Below are positions 46,560 to 57,201 of a stretch of 64,000 nt of DNA, piece by piece. The translations under genes were made by a program, and so were the position numbers. The notes beneath the pieces were generated by a model. It was not told the DNA's origin. It worked only from the letters and a program-made list of their open reading frames with translations, and made no database searches. This stretch comes from Chloroflexota bacterium (GTDB taxonomy: Bacteria; Chloroflexota; Dehalococcoidia; Lucifugimonadales; UBA3495), in contig JAQBVF010000002.1 of NCBI GenBank assembly GCA_027623675.1, positions 103,195 through 167,194 on the forward strand, written 5' to 3'. Each line of letters opens with the position of its first letter. Positions within the stretch are counted from its first letter, which is position 1.

Positions 46560-47363
46560 TTAATCCGCCGCCGCCCCCGCGGCGCTTCCGGACCGCACTG
46601 CGGCGAACAACTCGGCCAGGTAGCCGTTGAAGATTGACGCCTGCTCGAAATGGGCCGAGTGGGCGGCGCCGGGGACCACTTCCATGCGGGAGCCGGGGAT
46701 GACCTTCTGGACCTCGGCGATAACCTCTGGCGGAAAGATGGCGTCTTCCTTGCCGACGATCAACATGGTGGGGATCTGCCAACCCGCGAAGTCCTTTTCT
46801 TGAGGGCCGTCCTTGAGGCGGAACCCGGAGATGACGCCGTCTTCACCACGGGCCGGATTGAGGCCGCCGATCTGCTGGTAGAGGAAGGTCAGCGCTGGGT
46901 TCTCTTTGATGAAGCTGGCCGAGAGAGAACGGGCGGGGCCGTCGGGCGGCGGGTTGGTGTTCTGCAGTGCCGCCAGCGTTCCTTCAGTGGCCACACCGCC
47001 GGTGGTGTCGCCCAAGACCAGGCCCAGCGTGCGCTCGGGGTGGGCCAGTGCGAATCCCAAACAACTGAACCCGCCCATGGACTGGGCGACAAGAAACACC
47101 TTTTCTAGCTTCAGGTGGTCGAGCAGAGCGGTTAGGTCGCCGATGAAGTTCTCCCGCAGGGGCGAACCATGTTCGGCAATGGAGGCCCCCCAGCCACGAT
47201 GGTCGAAGGTGATACAGCGGTACTCGCCGGAGAAGGCGGCCACCTGCTGCCACCAGCTCATGTGGTTGCCGCCACGCCCGTGGGCAAAGACGATGGCCGG
47301 GGCCGAATCGCTGCCATGAGACTCGTAGTAAAGTTCGGTTCCGTTTATCTGCGCTTTGGGCAC
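46560..47363 (-). CDS. Alpha/beta hydrolase
   Basis: 'HGRGGN', 'DHRGWG.S', nucleophile 'AQSMGG', 'GKED', 'AHSAHFE'. GTG start after GGAGG. Confidence 0.88.
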   Translation of the reverse strand: MPKAQINGTELYYESHGSDSAPAIVFAHGRGGNHMSWWQQVAAFSGEYRCITFDHRGWGASIAEHGSPLRENFIGDLTALLDHLKLEKVFLVAQSMGGFSCLGFALAHPERTLGLVLGDTTGGVATEGTLAALQNTNPPPDGPARSLSASFIKENPALTFLYQQIGGLNPARGEDGVISGFRLKDGPQEKDFAGWQIPTMLIVGKEDAIFPPEVIAEVQKVIPGSRMEVVPGAAHSAHFEQASIFNGYLAELFAAVRSGSAAGAAAD

Positions 47364-47612
47364 GGTGGCGCCTCCATTGACTTCAGATGACTTCAGAATA
47401 AGCCGGACTCGCCCCGGCTCGCTTGATCGCCGGGATGGAGGGAAGTATACATAAGTTGAGGACATTTGGCCCATGCCGCAGGGCCGGATGGCACTGCTGC
47501 TGTTTGCGATCTCCGAGGAAAATGATGATGAATCGGAATGTTCAGACGGCGGGCCGATCGGCGAACCGATTCAGCCCCGCCTAAACCGAAATGCCGAAAT
47601 GAAGGAGGCGGT

Positions 47613-47846
47613 ATGACGACCACATTGCCCAACATCAACCGGGAGCCAGCGACCGAGAACCGGGTTACGCAGATACGCGATGTCCCTGATTATCTCCTCG
47701 AGGAATTGGAGCAGATCGTCGAACAAGGGGAAGCTGAGCCCGAATTGGTCCACTGGTACCATTTCGTTCCCAACGCCGGTGTGCGCTACTACAGCTACCA
47801 CACCACCCCGTCGCCGGTGGAACCGCTGGTCAAACGCAAGCGGTAA
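47613..47846 (+). CDS. Small hypothetical protein (77 aa)
   Basis: GGAGG RBS, ATG, and GC-typical codon usage. No motif recognised. Confidence 0.55.
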   Translation: MTTTLPNINREPATENRVTQIRDVPDYLLEELEQIVEQGEAEPELVHWYHFVPNAGVRYYSYHTTPSPVEPLVKRKR

Positions 47847-48096
47847 ACTCGGGCGCGGCCTATCCGCCGGTGCGGTGGACGAGTGCAACTCCTAGGGGTC
47901 TTGCCATCGATTCTTTATGATGAGCTACGATTAGCGGCCCAGCTCTTGTCCACGTGCCGGGGGTATCTTGACCTGATGGAGATGAGATACCTGGAGACCA
48001 GCTCGCCCAGGGGCCGGATGGCGGCCTGAGGCCGGTCTGCTAACGGCCGGCCCCACCGAGCAGACCACCGGGGCGTGCAGTTTTAGCCCACAGGTG

Positions 48097-48750
48097 TCAC
48101 ACGGGCCACTGCTGGCGGTTGTAGGCAGCTTCCCAGAACATGAACTCGTACCGGCTGCTGGTCATGAACGCCTGGCGCATGGCTTCCAACTCCGCCGGGC
48201 TGGCGTCGGCCGCCATCTGGTCAACGAAACCCCGCCAGGCCGCCACGCTGCCCTCCAAGAACCCCTCCACGTAGAAGCGGGTCCATTGGCCGTAGAGCGG
48301 GTGCTCCGATTGCCCGACCTCGTCTTTCAGCAGGTGGTAGGTCCAGGGGCAGGGCAGCAGGGCGGCGGCGGCAGGGCCAAGGCCATGCAGCGACGCCGCT
48401 TGCAGCATGTGGTTGATGTAGGCGGTGTTGGTTGGCGAGCGGACCGCATTCTGGGCATCGTCTAAGGTGAGTCCGGCCTCCGCCAGCAGCTTGTGATGCA
48501 GGGGCCGCTCCACCGGGGTCATCACTCTGTGAGCCAGATCTTGCAGCGTCTGGGAGTCGGGCGCTTTAGCCAGGGCCATGGCCACCGTGCGGCCAAATCC
48601 CTCCAGGTACAAGTAGTCCTGGGCCAGGTAATACCGAAAGGTCTCCTCGGGCAGGGTACCGTCCTTGATCTCTTTGAGAAAGGGATGGTCAAAGATTCGC
48701 CGCCAGATGGGCTCGGCCTCGACCCTAAGTTGTTCGCTGAAGTTTTCCAT
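48097..48750 (-). CDS. tenA: Thiaminase II / TenA
   Basis: 'HPFL.EI..GTLP...FRYYL.QD..YL', 'LLPCPWTY' (catalytic Cys), 'Y..W...Y', 'SSRYE.MFW'. Confidence 0.92.
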   Translation of the reverse strand: MENFSEQLRVEAEPIWRRIFDHPFLKEIKDGTLPEETFRYYLAQDYLYLEGFGRTVAMALAKAPDSQTLQDLAHRVMTPVERPLHHKLLAEAGLTLDDAQNAVRSPTNTAYINHMLQAASLHGLGPAAAALLPCPWTYHLLKDEVGQSEHPLYGQWTRFYVEGFLEGSVAAWRGFVDQMAADASPAELEAMRQAFMTSSRYEFMFWEAAYNRQQWPV

Positions 48751-48821
48751 CGGATATCTCTTAGTCCTCTTCGCCTTGTTGGGGGAGGTTGGTATGGGGC
48801 GTAAGCGTGGAGGCGGTCTGG

Positions 48822-50471
48822 CTACCCCGACGCCTTATCTAGCTCCCTTTGCCTTAGCTCAACCCGGCGGATCTTACCGCTGACGGTCTTGGGAAGCTCG
48901 GTTACGAACTCGATCGCCCGCGGGTATTTGTAGGGCGCGGTTGTGCTGCGGACGTGGTCTTGAAGGCTGACCACCAGTTCGTCCGACGCCACGTAATCGG
49001 GCGCCAAGATCACGAACGCCTTGACGATGTCGCCACGGACAGGATCGGGGCTGGCGACCACGGCCGACTCGGCGACAGCAGGATGCTCGATGAGGGCGCT
49101 CTCCACCTCGAAGGGGCCGATGCGGTATCCGGCGGAGATAATCACGTCATCGGCACGGCCCACGAACCAGTAATAACCGTCCTCGTCCTTATATGCTTTG
49201 TCGCCGGTCAGGTACCAGTCGCCCAGGAATGACCGGGCCATGGCCTCTTCGTCGCGCCAGTATTCTTTGAACAGTCCTACCGGGCGCTCGGGTTTGATCT
49301 TCACCGCGATCTGGCCTTCTTCGCCCACCGGCGCCTCGTTGCCCTGCTCGTCGACCACGCCGATGGTGAAGCCGGGGGAGGGCTTGCCCATGGAGCCGGG
49401 CCGGACCTCGTTGCAGCGGAAGTTGCCCACCAGCAGCACGGTCTCGGTCTGACCGTAGCCGTCGTAGATCACCAACCCGGTGCCGTCCTCCCATTGCTTC
49501 ATGACCTCCGGGTTCAACGGCTCGCCGGCGCCGGTGCAGTGGCGCAGATTGTCCAGGTGATATTGGCTCAGGTCCTCCAGCACCAGCATGCGGTAGGCGG
49601 TGGGCGGGGCGCAGAACGAAGTCACGCCGTGCTTCTCCAGCAGCTTGAGGGTCAACTTGGCGTCGAACCGGCCACGGGCGTCGTGCTGCATCACCGCGGC
49701 GCCCAGGGTCCACTGGCCGAACAACTTGCCGTAGGCGGCCTTGGCCCACCCGGTGTCGGACAGGGTCCACATCAGGTCGGTGGCCTTCAAGTCGTGCCAG
49801 TATCTGGCGGAGATGACGTGCCCGATGGCGCAGGAAGCCTGGGTGTGGAGCACCATCTTGGGGTAACCCACGGTGCCCGAGGTGAAGTAGATCAGAAGCG
49901 GGTCGTCGCTCTTGGTGCGCTCCACATTCTCGAGGACCGGGGAGGCGCCGGCCATCTCCTGCTCGTAGGAGACCCAGCCGCGTTTCTCGCCGTTGGTTAC
50001 CAACAGGGTCTGAAGCGTGGGACAGCCGCCGGCCGCTTCGTCGATCTTGCCGGCGTTCTCCCCATCGGTGATGGCCATCACGGCTTCGGCGGTATTGATC
50101 CGGTACTCGATGTCCTTGGGCGTGAGCAAGGTTGTGCCGGGCATGGGCAGGGCGCCCAGCTTCATCAACCCGATCATCGCCACGTACCACTCCGGAACGC
50201 GGGGCATCATGATGAACACCCGGTCGCCCTTCTTGATGCCCCGGTCGCGCAGGACGTTGGCGAACTTGTTGGACAGTATCTTCAGGTCCCAGAACGTATG
50301 GTGCTGGACGTTCTCGCCGCTGGAGTCCACCGACAACAGGGCCAGTTTGGTGCGGTCATCGGCCCACTTATCAACCACGTCGAACCCAAAGTTGAAATAC
50401 TCGGGCACCTCCAAGCGGTCGTTCTTATAAGCCGTTTCGTAGTCCGGCATGTTGGGAGTAACGTCTCTCAT
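48822..50471 (-). CDS. Acyl-CoA synthetase (medium-chain/acetate-CoA ligase-like)
   Basis: 'YFTSGTVGYPK', 'AGEPLN', 'YGQTET', 'TGD', 'GRADD', 'LPKTVSGKIRR'. Confidence 0.93.
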   Translation of the reverse strand: MRDVTPNMPDYETAYKNDRLEVPEYFNFGFDVVDKWADDRTKLALLSVDSSGENVQHHTFWDLKILSNKFANVLRDRGIKKGDRVFIMMPRVPEWYVAMIGLMKLGALPMPGTTLLTPKDIEYRINTAEAVMAITDGENAGKIDEAAGGCPTLQTLLVTNGEKRGWVSYEQEMAGASPVLENVERTKSDDPLLIYFTSGTVGYPKMVLHTQASCAIGHVISARYWHDLKATDLMWTLSDTGWAKAAYGKLFGQWTLGAAVMQHDARGRFDAKLTLKLLEKHGVTSFCAPPTAYRMLVLEDLSQYHLDNLRHCTGAGEPLNPEVMKQWEDGTGLVIYDGYGQTETVLLVGNFRCNEVRPGSMGKPSPGFTIGVVDEQGNEAPVGEEGQIAVKIKPERPVGLFKEYWRDEEAMARSFLGDWYLTGDKAYKDEDGYYWFVGRADDVIISAGYRIGPFEVESALIEHPAVAESAVVASPDPVRGDIVKAFVILAPDYVASDELVVSLQDHVRSTTAPYKYPRAIEFVTELPKTVSGKIRRVELRQRELDKASG

Positions 50472-50656
50472 CTCGCCCTTCTCTTATTCGCGGCACGTAG
50501 CGTTCTTGGTCACGGCGGGGCCGTGTCTGATCCTGAGCTATTCTACACGCTGGGCTGGACAGCGGGAAGATTTCTTGCCGGTTGCCGATCTAGTTGTCAA
50601 TCCGGTGCGCGTGGGTATAATTCCGTCAAACCATTGACGGCGGGAGGAACAAAGAT

Positions 50657-51375
50657 ATGGCCGGTAATCTAACCCGTGATCTAGCGGGAAAAACGGCGCT
50701 GGTCACCGGCGGAGGGTCGGGGATCGGCCGGGCCGCGTCTCTGGCCTACGCCAGGGAGGGCGCGCGCGTGGTGGTCGCTGATGTGAACGTGGAGGGCGGC
50801 GAAGAGACGGTCCAACGGATCAAAGAGGCCGGCGGCGAGGCCATCTTGGTCCACGCCGATGTCTCTAGAGCGGAGGACACCCAGGCCATGGTGTCGCAAG
50901 CGGTCCAGGCCTTCGGCCGTTTGGACTGCGCTTTCAACAATGCCGGCATCTCCGGCGGGATGGACCGGCGTCTCACCGCCGACTACCAAGAAGAGGACTG
51001 GGACCGGGTGATCGGCATCAACCTGAAGGGCGTTTGGCTGTGCATGAAGGCCGAGATACCGCAGATGCTGAAACAGGGCGGCGGGGCCATCGTGAACACG
51101 GCGTCGCGGGGATCACCAAGGCGGCCGCGCTGGAGTACGCCCAGTCCGGCATACGAGTAAACGCTGTCTGTCCCGGATACATCGACACACCGTTGGTCCA
51201 GGGGCTGTTCGACGCGCATGAAGACTTCAAGAGCAGGGTCGAGGCTCGGCATCCCGTGGGACGGCTGGGTGATCCGTCCGAGATCGCCGAGGCTGTAATG
51301 TGGCTGTCCTCCGACGCCGCATCGTTCGTCACCGGACATAACATGCCGGTGGACGGCGGCTATACCGCCCAGTGA
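50657..51375 (+). pseudogene. SDR (glucose 1-dehydrogenase-like) with an internal deletion and frameshift removing the YxxxK motif
   Basis: The N-half (TGGGSGIG, NNAG, NTAS) and C-half (HGVAGITK, RVNAVCPG, VTG....VDGG) are in different frames and join at 51097-51106. Confidence 0.85.
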
Positions 51376-51561
51376 TCGAGTCGTCCGTTTCAAGCGCCCA
51401 ATAACGAGGTGAACCACCATGCCCGTTGACCAACAGACCCGCCGGCGCATGACCAAGACCGGCCTGACCGCGCTGGGCCGGGTATTCCGGGCGGCCCACC
51501 ACCTGCCAGGGGAGATCCCCGTGGCTCTAAAGCAGAATCCCATCAATAGGCGGTAATCCAT

Positions 51562-52065
51562 ATGTATCAAGCTGCCGTCGTGATTCACGTCATATCCGCC
51601 GTCACCTGGCTGGGCGGGATGCTGTTTCTGGTGATGGTCATGCTGCCTCTGGCTAGAAAGAGCATGACGCCCGGTCAGCCCGGTCCAGGGCTGGCGCTGC
51701 TCAGAGAGGCGGCCAAGAGGTTCATGGTCGTGGCCTGGGGTGCGATGATCCTCCTGGCGGTCACCGGAGCCTACCTGGCGTGGGAGCATTGGGGCATCCG
51801 GCCGGGCGTGTTCTTCACCGAAGACATCCGGTTCCTGCACATCCTGCGGGTCAAGAGCGGCCTCTTCATGTTGGTGGTGATGCTAAGCCTGCTCCACGAC
51901 TTCTGGCTCGGCCCCATGATGATGGACCGCCTGGACCAGGCCCGCGCCGCCGGCCTGCCGCCACCCCAAAACCTGGCCAGGAGGATCGTGCTCATGACCG
52001 CCAGGGTGAACCTGGTGGCCGTGATGACCATCGTGGTGTTGGCGGTGCTGCTCATCCGGCCTTAG
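51562..52065 (+). CDS. CopD-like/DUF4149-type four-helix membrane protein
   Basis: 'HVISAVTWLGGMLF', 'LAVTG', 'K..L', 'HDFWLGP'. Confidence 0.7.
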   Translation: MYQAAVVIHVISAVTWLGGMLFLVMVMLPLARKSMTPGQPGPGLALLREAAKRFMVVAWGAMILLAVTGAYLAWEHWGIRPGVFFTEDIRFLHILRVKSGLFMLVVMLSLLHDFWLGPMMMDRLDQARAAGLPPPQNLARRIVLMTARVNLVAVMTIVVLAVLLIRP

Positions 52066-52096
52066 GGCGGGGCGGGTAAGTGCGGGCTTACCGGCG

Positions 52097-52864
52097 TTAA
52101 CCGCGGCCGATGAACGGCATGTTGGTCGCCATTATCGTCATGAACTGCACGTTGGCGTTCAAGGGCAGATTGGCGATGTAGACGATGGCGTCCGCCACGT
52201 GTTCAACGTCGAACCTCGGCTCAACAACGACCGCGCCGTGGGGCTGCATGATCCCCGCTTCCATGGGGTCGGTCATCTCGGTGGCGGCGTTGCCAACGTC
52301 GATCTGGCTGCAAGCGATATTGTACTTGCGGCCGTCCAGAGAAGTGGATTTGGTCAGTCCGGTCACCCCGTGCTTGGTCGCGGTGTAGGGTGCGCTGTTT
52401 GGCCGGGGCGCATGGGCGGAGATCGAACCATTATTGATGATGCGCCCGCCCATGGGGTTTTGGGATTTCATGATCTGTATGGCTTGCTGAGTACAAAGAA
52501 ACGTGCCGGTGAGGTTGGCGTCGACGGAAGACTGCCATTGCTCGTAGGTCAGGTCTTCCATGAGCACCGGGGGCGCGTTGATGCCCGCGTTATTGAAAAG
52601 AACGTCCAGCCGCCCGAAGGATTCCACGGTCTTGGCGAATAGGTCCCGGACCGAGGCGGGCTCACCCACATCGGTGGGTATTGCGGTGGCCCGCGAGGCC
52701 GCGCTTCCAGCCTGCTCTAGGGTTTGCTGTAGAGGCTCCAGGCGCCGGCCGGCCAGCGCCACCGAATATCCGTCCCGCAGCAATGCAAGGGCCGACGCCC
52801 GGCCGATGCCGGTGCCCGCGCCCGTTACGATGGCTACTTTGGATGCCTGTTGTCCTGACGTCAC
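52097..52864 (-). CDS. Short-chain dehydrogenase/reductase
   Basis: [12 protein letters not shown], 'NGSISAH.PRP.S.PYTATKH', 'MPFIGRG'. Confidence 0.92.
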   Translation of the reverse strand: MTSGQQASKVAIVTGAGTGIGRASALALLRDGYSVALAGRRLEPLQQTLEQAGSAASRATAIPTDVGEPASVRDLFAKTVESFGRLDVLFNNAGINAPPVLMEDLTYEQWQSSVDANLTGTFLCTQQAIQIMKSQNPMGGRIINNGSISAHAPRPNSAPYTATKHGVTGLTKSTSLDGRKYNIACSQIDVGNAATEMTDPMEAGIMQPHGAVVVEPRFDVEHVADAIVYIANLPLNANVQFMTIMATNMPFIGRG

Positions 52865-52899
52865 GTCGTAACTCCCTTAAACCTTAGCCGAAGCGAAAA

Positions 52900-54018
52900 C
52901 TAGAGCTCCATCAACCGGCTGGTGTCCATGAACTTGGTTATGATCTCGGGGCCGTGGTCGCGGATCACGACCAGGTCCTCAATGTGGAATCCCTGGACGC
53001 CGGGCCAGCGGACCCGGGTCTCTACGGCAAATACCATGTTGGGCGCCAGCGGCGTCCCATCGTAGCCGGCCAGCATGGGCATCTCGTGGATGTAAAGGCC
53101 CAAGCCGTGTCCGGCGAATGGCAGGTTGAACTCGATGCCAGCCTCTTTATAGAACTCTTTATTCAGCCTGAAAACCTCGTTGGCCGGCGTCCCCGGCAGC
53201 ATGGTGGCGATGGTCTTCTGGTGGACCTCCGACAGGCGGTTGTAGATGGAATGCTGTTCGCCGGTGGCCTTGCCCACAACCACAGTGCGCCCGATATCGG
53301 AGAAGTAGCCATTGAACCAGCCGCCGCAGTCTGACTTTAGAACATCGTTGGGCTGAAGCTCGATATCGGTGGGGTCGGGGTGGGCGTATCCGGTGTTGGG
53401 GCCAACCGTCAAGAACAGGAACGACGGCAGCTCGGCCCCCGCCTGCAGGATGTTTGCGCCCAACCGGGCGACCAGGTCCCGCTCCTTCTCGCCGGGACGG
53501 ACGGTGGAATAGGTCGCCATCAAAGCCCGCTCCGTCGACATGGCCGCATCGCTTAGGATGTCGATCTCTGCCTGGGTCTTGATCATCCGCACCTGCTGCA
53601 ACATGGGCTCGCAGGAGCCGAAGTCGGCCTCGGGCATGGTCTCCAAAAGCTCCAAGTAGTAATCAGCCGTCAGGTAGGCCGGTTCGATGCCGATGCGGCC
53701 CGCGCCCAGCCCCTTCTCTTGCAGCACATCTGAAAGCAACTTAATGGGCGAGTCCTGATGCTGGGAGTAGGCCCGCACATCGGTGATCCAGGACTTCTCG
53801 CGGACGTAGCCCTCTTCGTTGGTGGCCACGATCAAGGTCGGGTCGCCCTCCCTCGGCCAGACCACCAGGGCCAGCCGGTCTCGGATCACCTTTTGGGACC
53901 AGATTCCCACTCCAGAGGTGTAGGGCACGTTCTCGGGAGACATGGCGATGACAGCGTCAAAATCGCTGTTGTCCATCGCGGTGCGCAGGCTATCCAAATT
54001 TCCGAGAATCTCGTTCAT
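52900..54018 (-). CDS. M24 family (Xaa-Pro peptidase/creatinase-like) hydrolase
   Basis: 'R.IK...EI' and metal ligands 'SDCGG...Y.SDIGRT', 'GHGLGL.IHE.P', 'AVE', 'IED'. Confidence 0.88.
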   Translation of the reverse strand: MNEILGNLDSLRTAMDNSDFDAVIAMSPENVPYTSGVGIWSQKVIRDRLALVVWPREGDPTLIVATNEEGYVREKSWITDVRAYSQHQDSPIKLLSDVLQEKGLGAGRIGIEPAYLTADYYLELLETMPEADFGSCEPMLQQVRMIKTQAEIDILSDAAMSTERALMATYSTVRPGEKERDLVARLGANILQAGAELPSFLFLTVGPNTGYAHPDPTDIELQPNDVLKSDCGGWFNGYFSDIGRTVVVGKATGEQHSIYNRLSEVHQKTIATMLPGTPANEVFRLNKEFYKEAGIEFNLPFAGHGLGLYIHEMPMLAGYDGTPLAPNMVFAVETRVRWPGVQGFHIEDLVVIRDHGPEIITKFMDTSRLMEL

Positions 54019-54053
54019 GGTTTCAGGACCTCTCTTAGCCGGGGTTGGCCAGG

Positions 54054-55055
54054 CTACGCCGGTTGATTCACGAAGGTGGCCCAGGCTTGGGGCAGCCGGG
54101 CCAACGCCTCGGCCGGAAGCGGCCCCTTGGCGGCGTACCGGACGGACCTCTCCAGGTGGTCCATGTCCGAGTAGCCCACCAACACGGTGGAAACGCCCTT
54201 GTTGCTGAGGGCGAAGCGGATGGAGGCCTCGGGCATGTCGTCCGCGAACCCATCATCCACCAAGAATGAGAACTGCCGCCCTCTGGCCATGTCCTGATCG
54301 TAGTCGCGGCCCGAGCCGATGGGCGCCACGGTGGGCACGGCGACCGGATGCCGCTCGGTTGTTCCGGTGAGGGCGCCTGCCGCCAGCACTCGAATGACCA
54401 GCACGCCGACCTGTTTGTCCGCCGCCAGGTCGATCAGCCCGCCGTAGTCGGGCATGTCGAAGCCGGGTGGGGCCTCTGCGCCGGCGCTGGCGTTGACCAG
54501 GTTGTAGACGGTCTGCACGGTGTTTACCGTGCCCGAGGCGACGATCTCATGGATGCCCATGGGTTCGCCCACCCCGGTCAGGCCGCAGAACCGGACCTTT
54601 CCCTGGGATTTGAGCTCGCTGATGGCTTCATGCACCTCGCCCAGCACATCGGACACCGTGATGGAGCGGGACCGCACATCGGTCGTGGGGGCGATCCGGT
54701 CATGGAGTTGGATCAGGTCGACCTGCTCCCGGCCCATCCTTTTCAAGCTGGCATCGACCGAAGTGATGACGCCCGCTTTGAGGTCCGAGGGGTCGGCCTC
54801 GCCCAGGCTGTATTTGGTGCCGACAAACACATCGGCGGAGAGTTCTTTCAGCACCCGCCCCAGGTTGGTCTCGGACCGGCCGCCGCCGTAGCGGGAGGCG
54901 GTGTCGAAGTAGTTGATGCCCAATTCCATGGCCCTGGCGGCGGCGCGCACTTGGTCGGCAGGTTCGCCCCGGACCATGAGGCCGCCCACGTCGCCGCAGC
55001 CGAAACCAATCTCCGAAATGTCGATGCCGGTATCGCCAAACTTTCTGTAATTCAT
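54054..55055 (-). CDS. Aldo/keto reductase
   Basis: 'ISEIGFG', 'GINYFDTA..YG.G.SE..LG', 'TK', 'DLIQLH'. Confidence 0.92.
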   Translation of the reverse strand: MNYRKFGDTGIDISEIGFGCGDVGGLMVRGEPADQVRAAARAMELGINYFDTASRYGGGRSETNLGRVLKELSADVFVGTKYSLGEADPSDLKAGVITSVDASLKRMGREQVDLIQLHDRIAPTTDVRSRSITVSDVLGEVHEAISELKSQGKVRFCGLTGVGEPMGIHEIVASGTVNTVQTVYNLVNASAGAEAPPGFDMPDYGGLIDLAADKQVGVLVIRVLAAGALTGTTERHPVAVPTVAPIGSGRDYDQDMARGRQFSFLVDDGFADDMPEASIRFALSNKGVSTVLVGYSDMDHLERSVRYAAKGPLPAEALARLPQAWATFVNQPA

Positions 55056-55092
55056 GTCCCTCTAGTTCGCCCAAGGGTCGGCGGGCGTTCGC

Positions 55093-55899
55093 CTATTGGG
55101 CCGACGGAAACTTGGGGTCGCGGCGTTCTCTTACCGAATCGAGACCCTCTTGGACGTCTTCTCCCATGAAACCCAGCATCTCAAGGGCCAGCGAAAAGTC
55201 GAAGGCGGTGTGCTCGGCCTGCCGCAGCCACTGGTTCAGCGAGCGCTTGGTATAACGCAGGGCCTGCTGCGACCCGGCGGCCAGGCGGACCGCCACGCCC
55301 ATCGCCTTGTCCATCAACTCGTCATGGGGCACGACCTGACTGACCAAGCCGATCCGCTCGGCTTCCGTGCCGTCCAGGAACTCGCAGGTTAGCAGGTAGT
55401 ATTTGGCCTTGGCCATGCCGATAAGCAAGGGCCAGATCACCGCCGCATGGTCCCCGGCCGCCACTCCCAGCCGCACGTGGCCGTCGGTGAACCGGGCCTT
55501 GTCGGAAGCGATGGAGATGTCGGCCAGCAGGGCCACGGCCAGGCCCGCGCCCACTGCCACGCCGTTGATGGCCGAGATGATTGGCTTGTCCAAGTTGATC
55601 ATGTTGTGGACGATGTCCCGGGCCTCTTCCATGGTCCCGGCGATGACCTGGGCGTTGCCAATGGACTTCTCGATGAGGTCGAAGTCGCCGCCCGCCGAGA
55701 AAGCGGTGCCGGCCCCGGTGACGACAATCACCCTGACGGCGTCGTCCTGGCCCAGGTCCAGCCAGATCTTGCTGAGTTCGTTATGCAGCTTGAAGTCGGT
55801 GGCGTTGTAGACCTCGGGACGGTTGATGGTCACGAGTGCCACGCCGTCCTTGACCTCGATGATCAGTTTCTCGTATCTGCTGTAGTCGTAATCGGCCAT
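55093..55899 (-). CDS. Enoyl-CoA hydratase/isomerase family protein
   Basis: 'NRPE.YNA', 'AFSAGGD', '[14 protein letters not shown]', '[12 protein letters not shown]'. Confidence 0.92.
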   Translation of the reverse strand: MADYDYSRYEKLIIEVKDGVALVTINRPEVYNATDFKLHNELSKIWLDLGQDDAVRVIVVTGAGTAFSAGGDFDLIEKSIGNAQVIAGTMEEARDIVHNMINLDKPIISAINGVAVGAGLAVALLADISIASDKARFTDGHVRLGVAAGDHAAVIWPLLIGMAKAKYYLLTCEFLDGTEAERIGLVSQVVPHDELMDKAMGVAVRLAAGSQQALRYTKRSLNQWLRQAEHTAFDFSLALEMLGFMGEDVQEGLDSVRERRDPKFPSAQ

Positions 55900-55969
55900 G
55901 TTTCCTCACGGGGGATAGCGGTCAGCTATCGGCCCTAACTCCATCGGGACCCTCAGATTTCGGGTTGGT

Positions 55970-57199
55970 TCAGTAGAGAGATTGGTTCTCGGTCAACCGG
56001 GCCACTTCAGCGTCGGACATGCCCAGGAGTTCCTTGAAGACGTAGTCGTTATCTTCGCCGATGTTGCTGTAGTGCCCGAAATCCATGGGGGTCTCCGACA
56101 ACTTTGGCGGGCTGGCGGAGGCGATGCCCTGGCCGCCCTCCCACTCGTAAGCGGGCTTGGAGCGGTCGGCCAGGTAGAAGGGCGTGGGCCGGTAGAAGTC
56201 CCGCGCCTTCAGGTGGGCGCTCTCGTACAGGTCTTGGCCCTGGGAGACCACACTGGCGGGGACCCCTGCTTCCTGCAGCAACGTCATCGCGTCTTCGGCG
56301 GTCATAGTGGCGGTCCAGCCGCCGACCAACTCGTCCAGCCGGTCTTGGTTGGCCAGCCGGGATTCCATCGAGGAGAACTCCGCTTCGGCGCACCAAGCCG
56401 GATCGCCGATGGCCTGCCGGAAGGCGGCCCACTGCTCTTCGGTCTGCACCGCGATGGCGCACCAGCGGTCGTCGCCCTGGCACCGGTACACGCCGTGGGG
56501 CGCGGCAAAGGGGTCGCGGTTGCCGATGCGCCGAGGCATGCGGCCGTTCGACTGGTAGTCCAAGATGGCCGGACCGGCGGTGACCGCCCCCGACTTGAAG
56601 ATGGACGATTCCATGGTCGCGGGCTGGCCGGTCAGTCTGCGGCGCAGCAGGGCGCCCATGATGGCCACCGGCTGAAAGACGCCCGTGTGGTAGTCGGAAT
56701 AGGACGTGTTGATGGTGGCCGGCGGCTCGCCTTCTTCGCCGGACATCAGGGAGACGCCGCCCATGTGCTGCACCAGGATGCCGTAGGACTTGTAGGTGTA
56801 GTAGGGGCCGATGCCGCCCAGGCCGGTCTGCCACATGAGGATGATATCGGAGCGCAGACGGCGCAGTTCCGGGAAGTCGATCCCCCAGCGGTCCAGGATA
56901 TTACGCCGGAAGTTGGTCATGAATACATCACTTACCTTAACCAGTTCCTTGAACACCTCCAGTCCGCCGGGGGTGCGGACGTCGATGGTGATGCGTTTCT
57001 TGGCCCGCTGGAACTCGGGCTGGCCGCCGCCACGGGACCAGGCGGGGATGAAGTTCATCTCGTCTAGCACCTGGTTGGTCTCGACCTTGATGACCTCGGC
57101 CCCCAATGACGCCAGGATACGGCCGGTCAGCGGCAATGCGACGTATGGACCCAGCTCCAGGATGCGGACGCCGGATAATGGTTTCTTATGCGAGTCCAT
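55970..57199 (-). CDS. Family III CoA-transferase, subunit retaining the catalytic Asp
   Basis: 'LGAEVIKVE', 'SYSDYHTG', 'APHGVYRC.G.DRW.AIAV'. Confidence 0.9.
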   Translation of the reverse strand: MDSHKKPLSGVRILELGPYVALPLTGRILASLGAEVIKVETNQVLDEMNFIPAWSRGGGQPEFQRAKKRITIDVRTPGGLEVFKELVKVSDVFMTNFRRNILDRWGIDFPELRRLRSDIILMWQTGLGGIGPYYTYKSYGILVQHMGGVSLMSGEEGEPPATINTSYSDYHTGVFQPVAIMGALLRRRLTGQPATMESSIFKSGAVTAGPAILDYQSNGRMPRRIGNRDPFAAPHGVYRCQGDDRWCAIAVQTEEQWAAFRQAIGDPAWCAEAEFSSMESRLANQDRLDELVGGWTATMTAEDAMTLLQEAGVPASVVSQGQDLYESAHLKARDFYRPTPFYLADRSKPAYEWEGGQGIASASPPKLSETPMDFGHYSNIGEDNDYVFKELLGMSDAEVARLTENQSLY

Positions 57200-57201
57200 G
57201 C

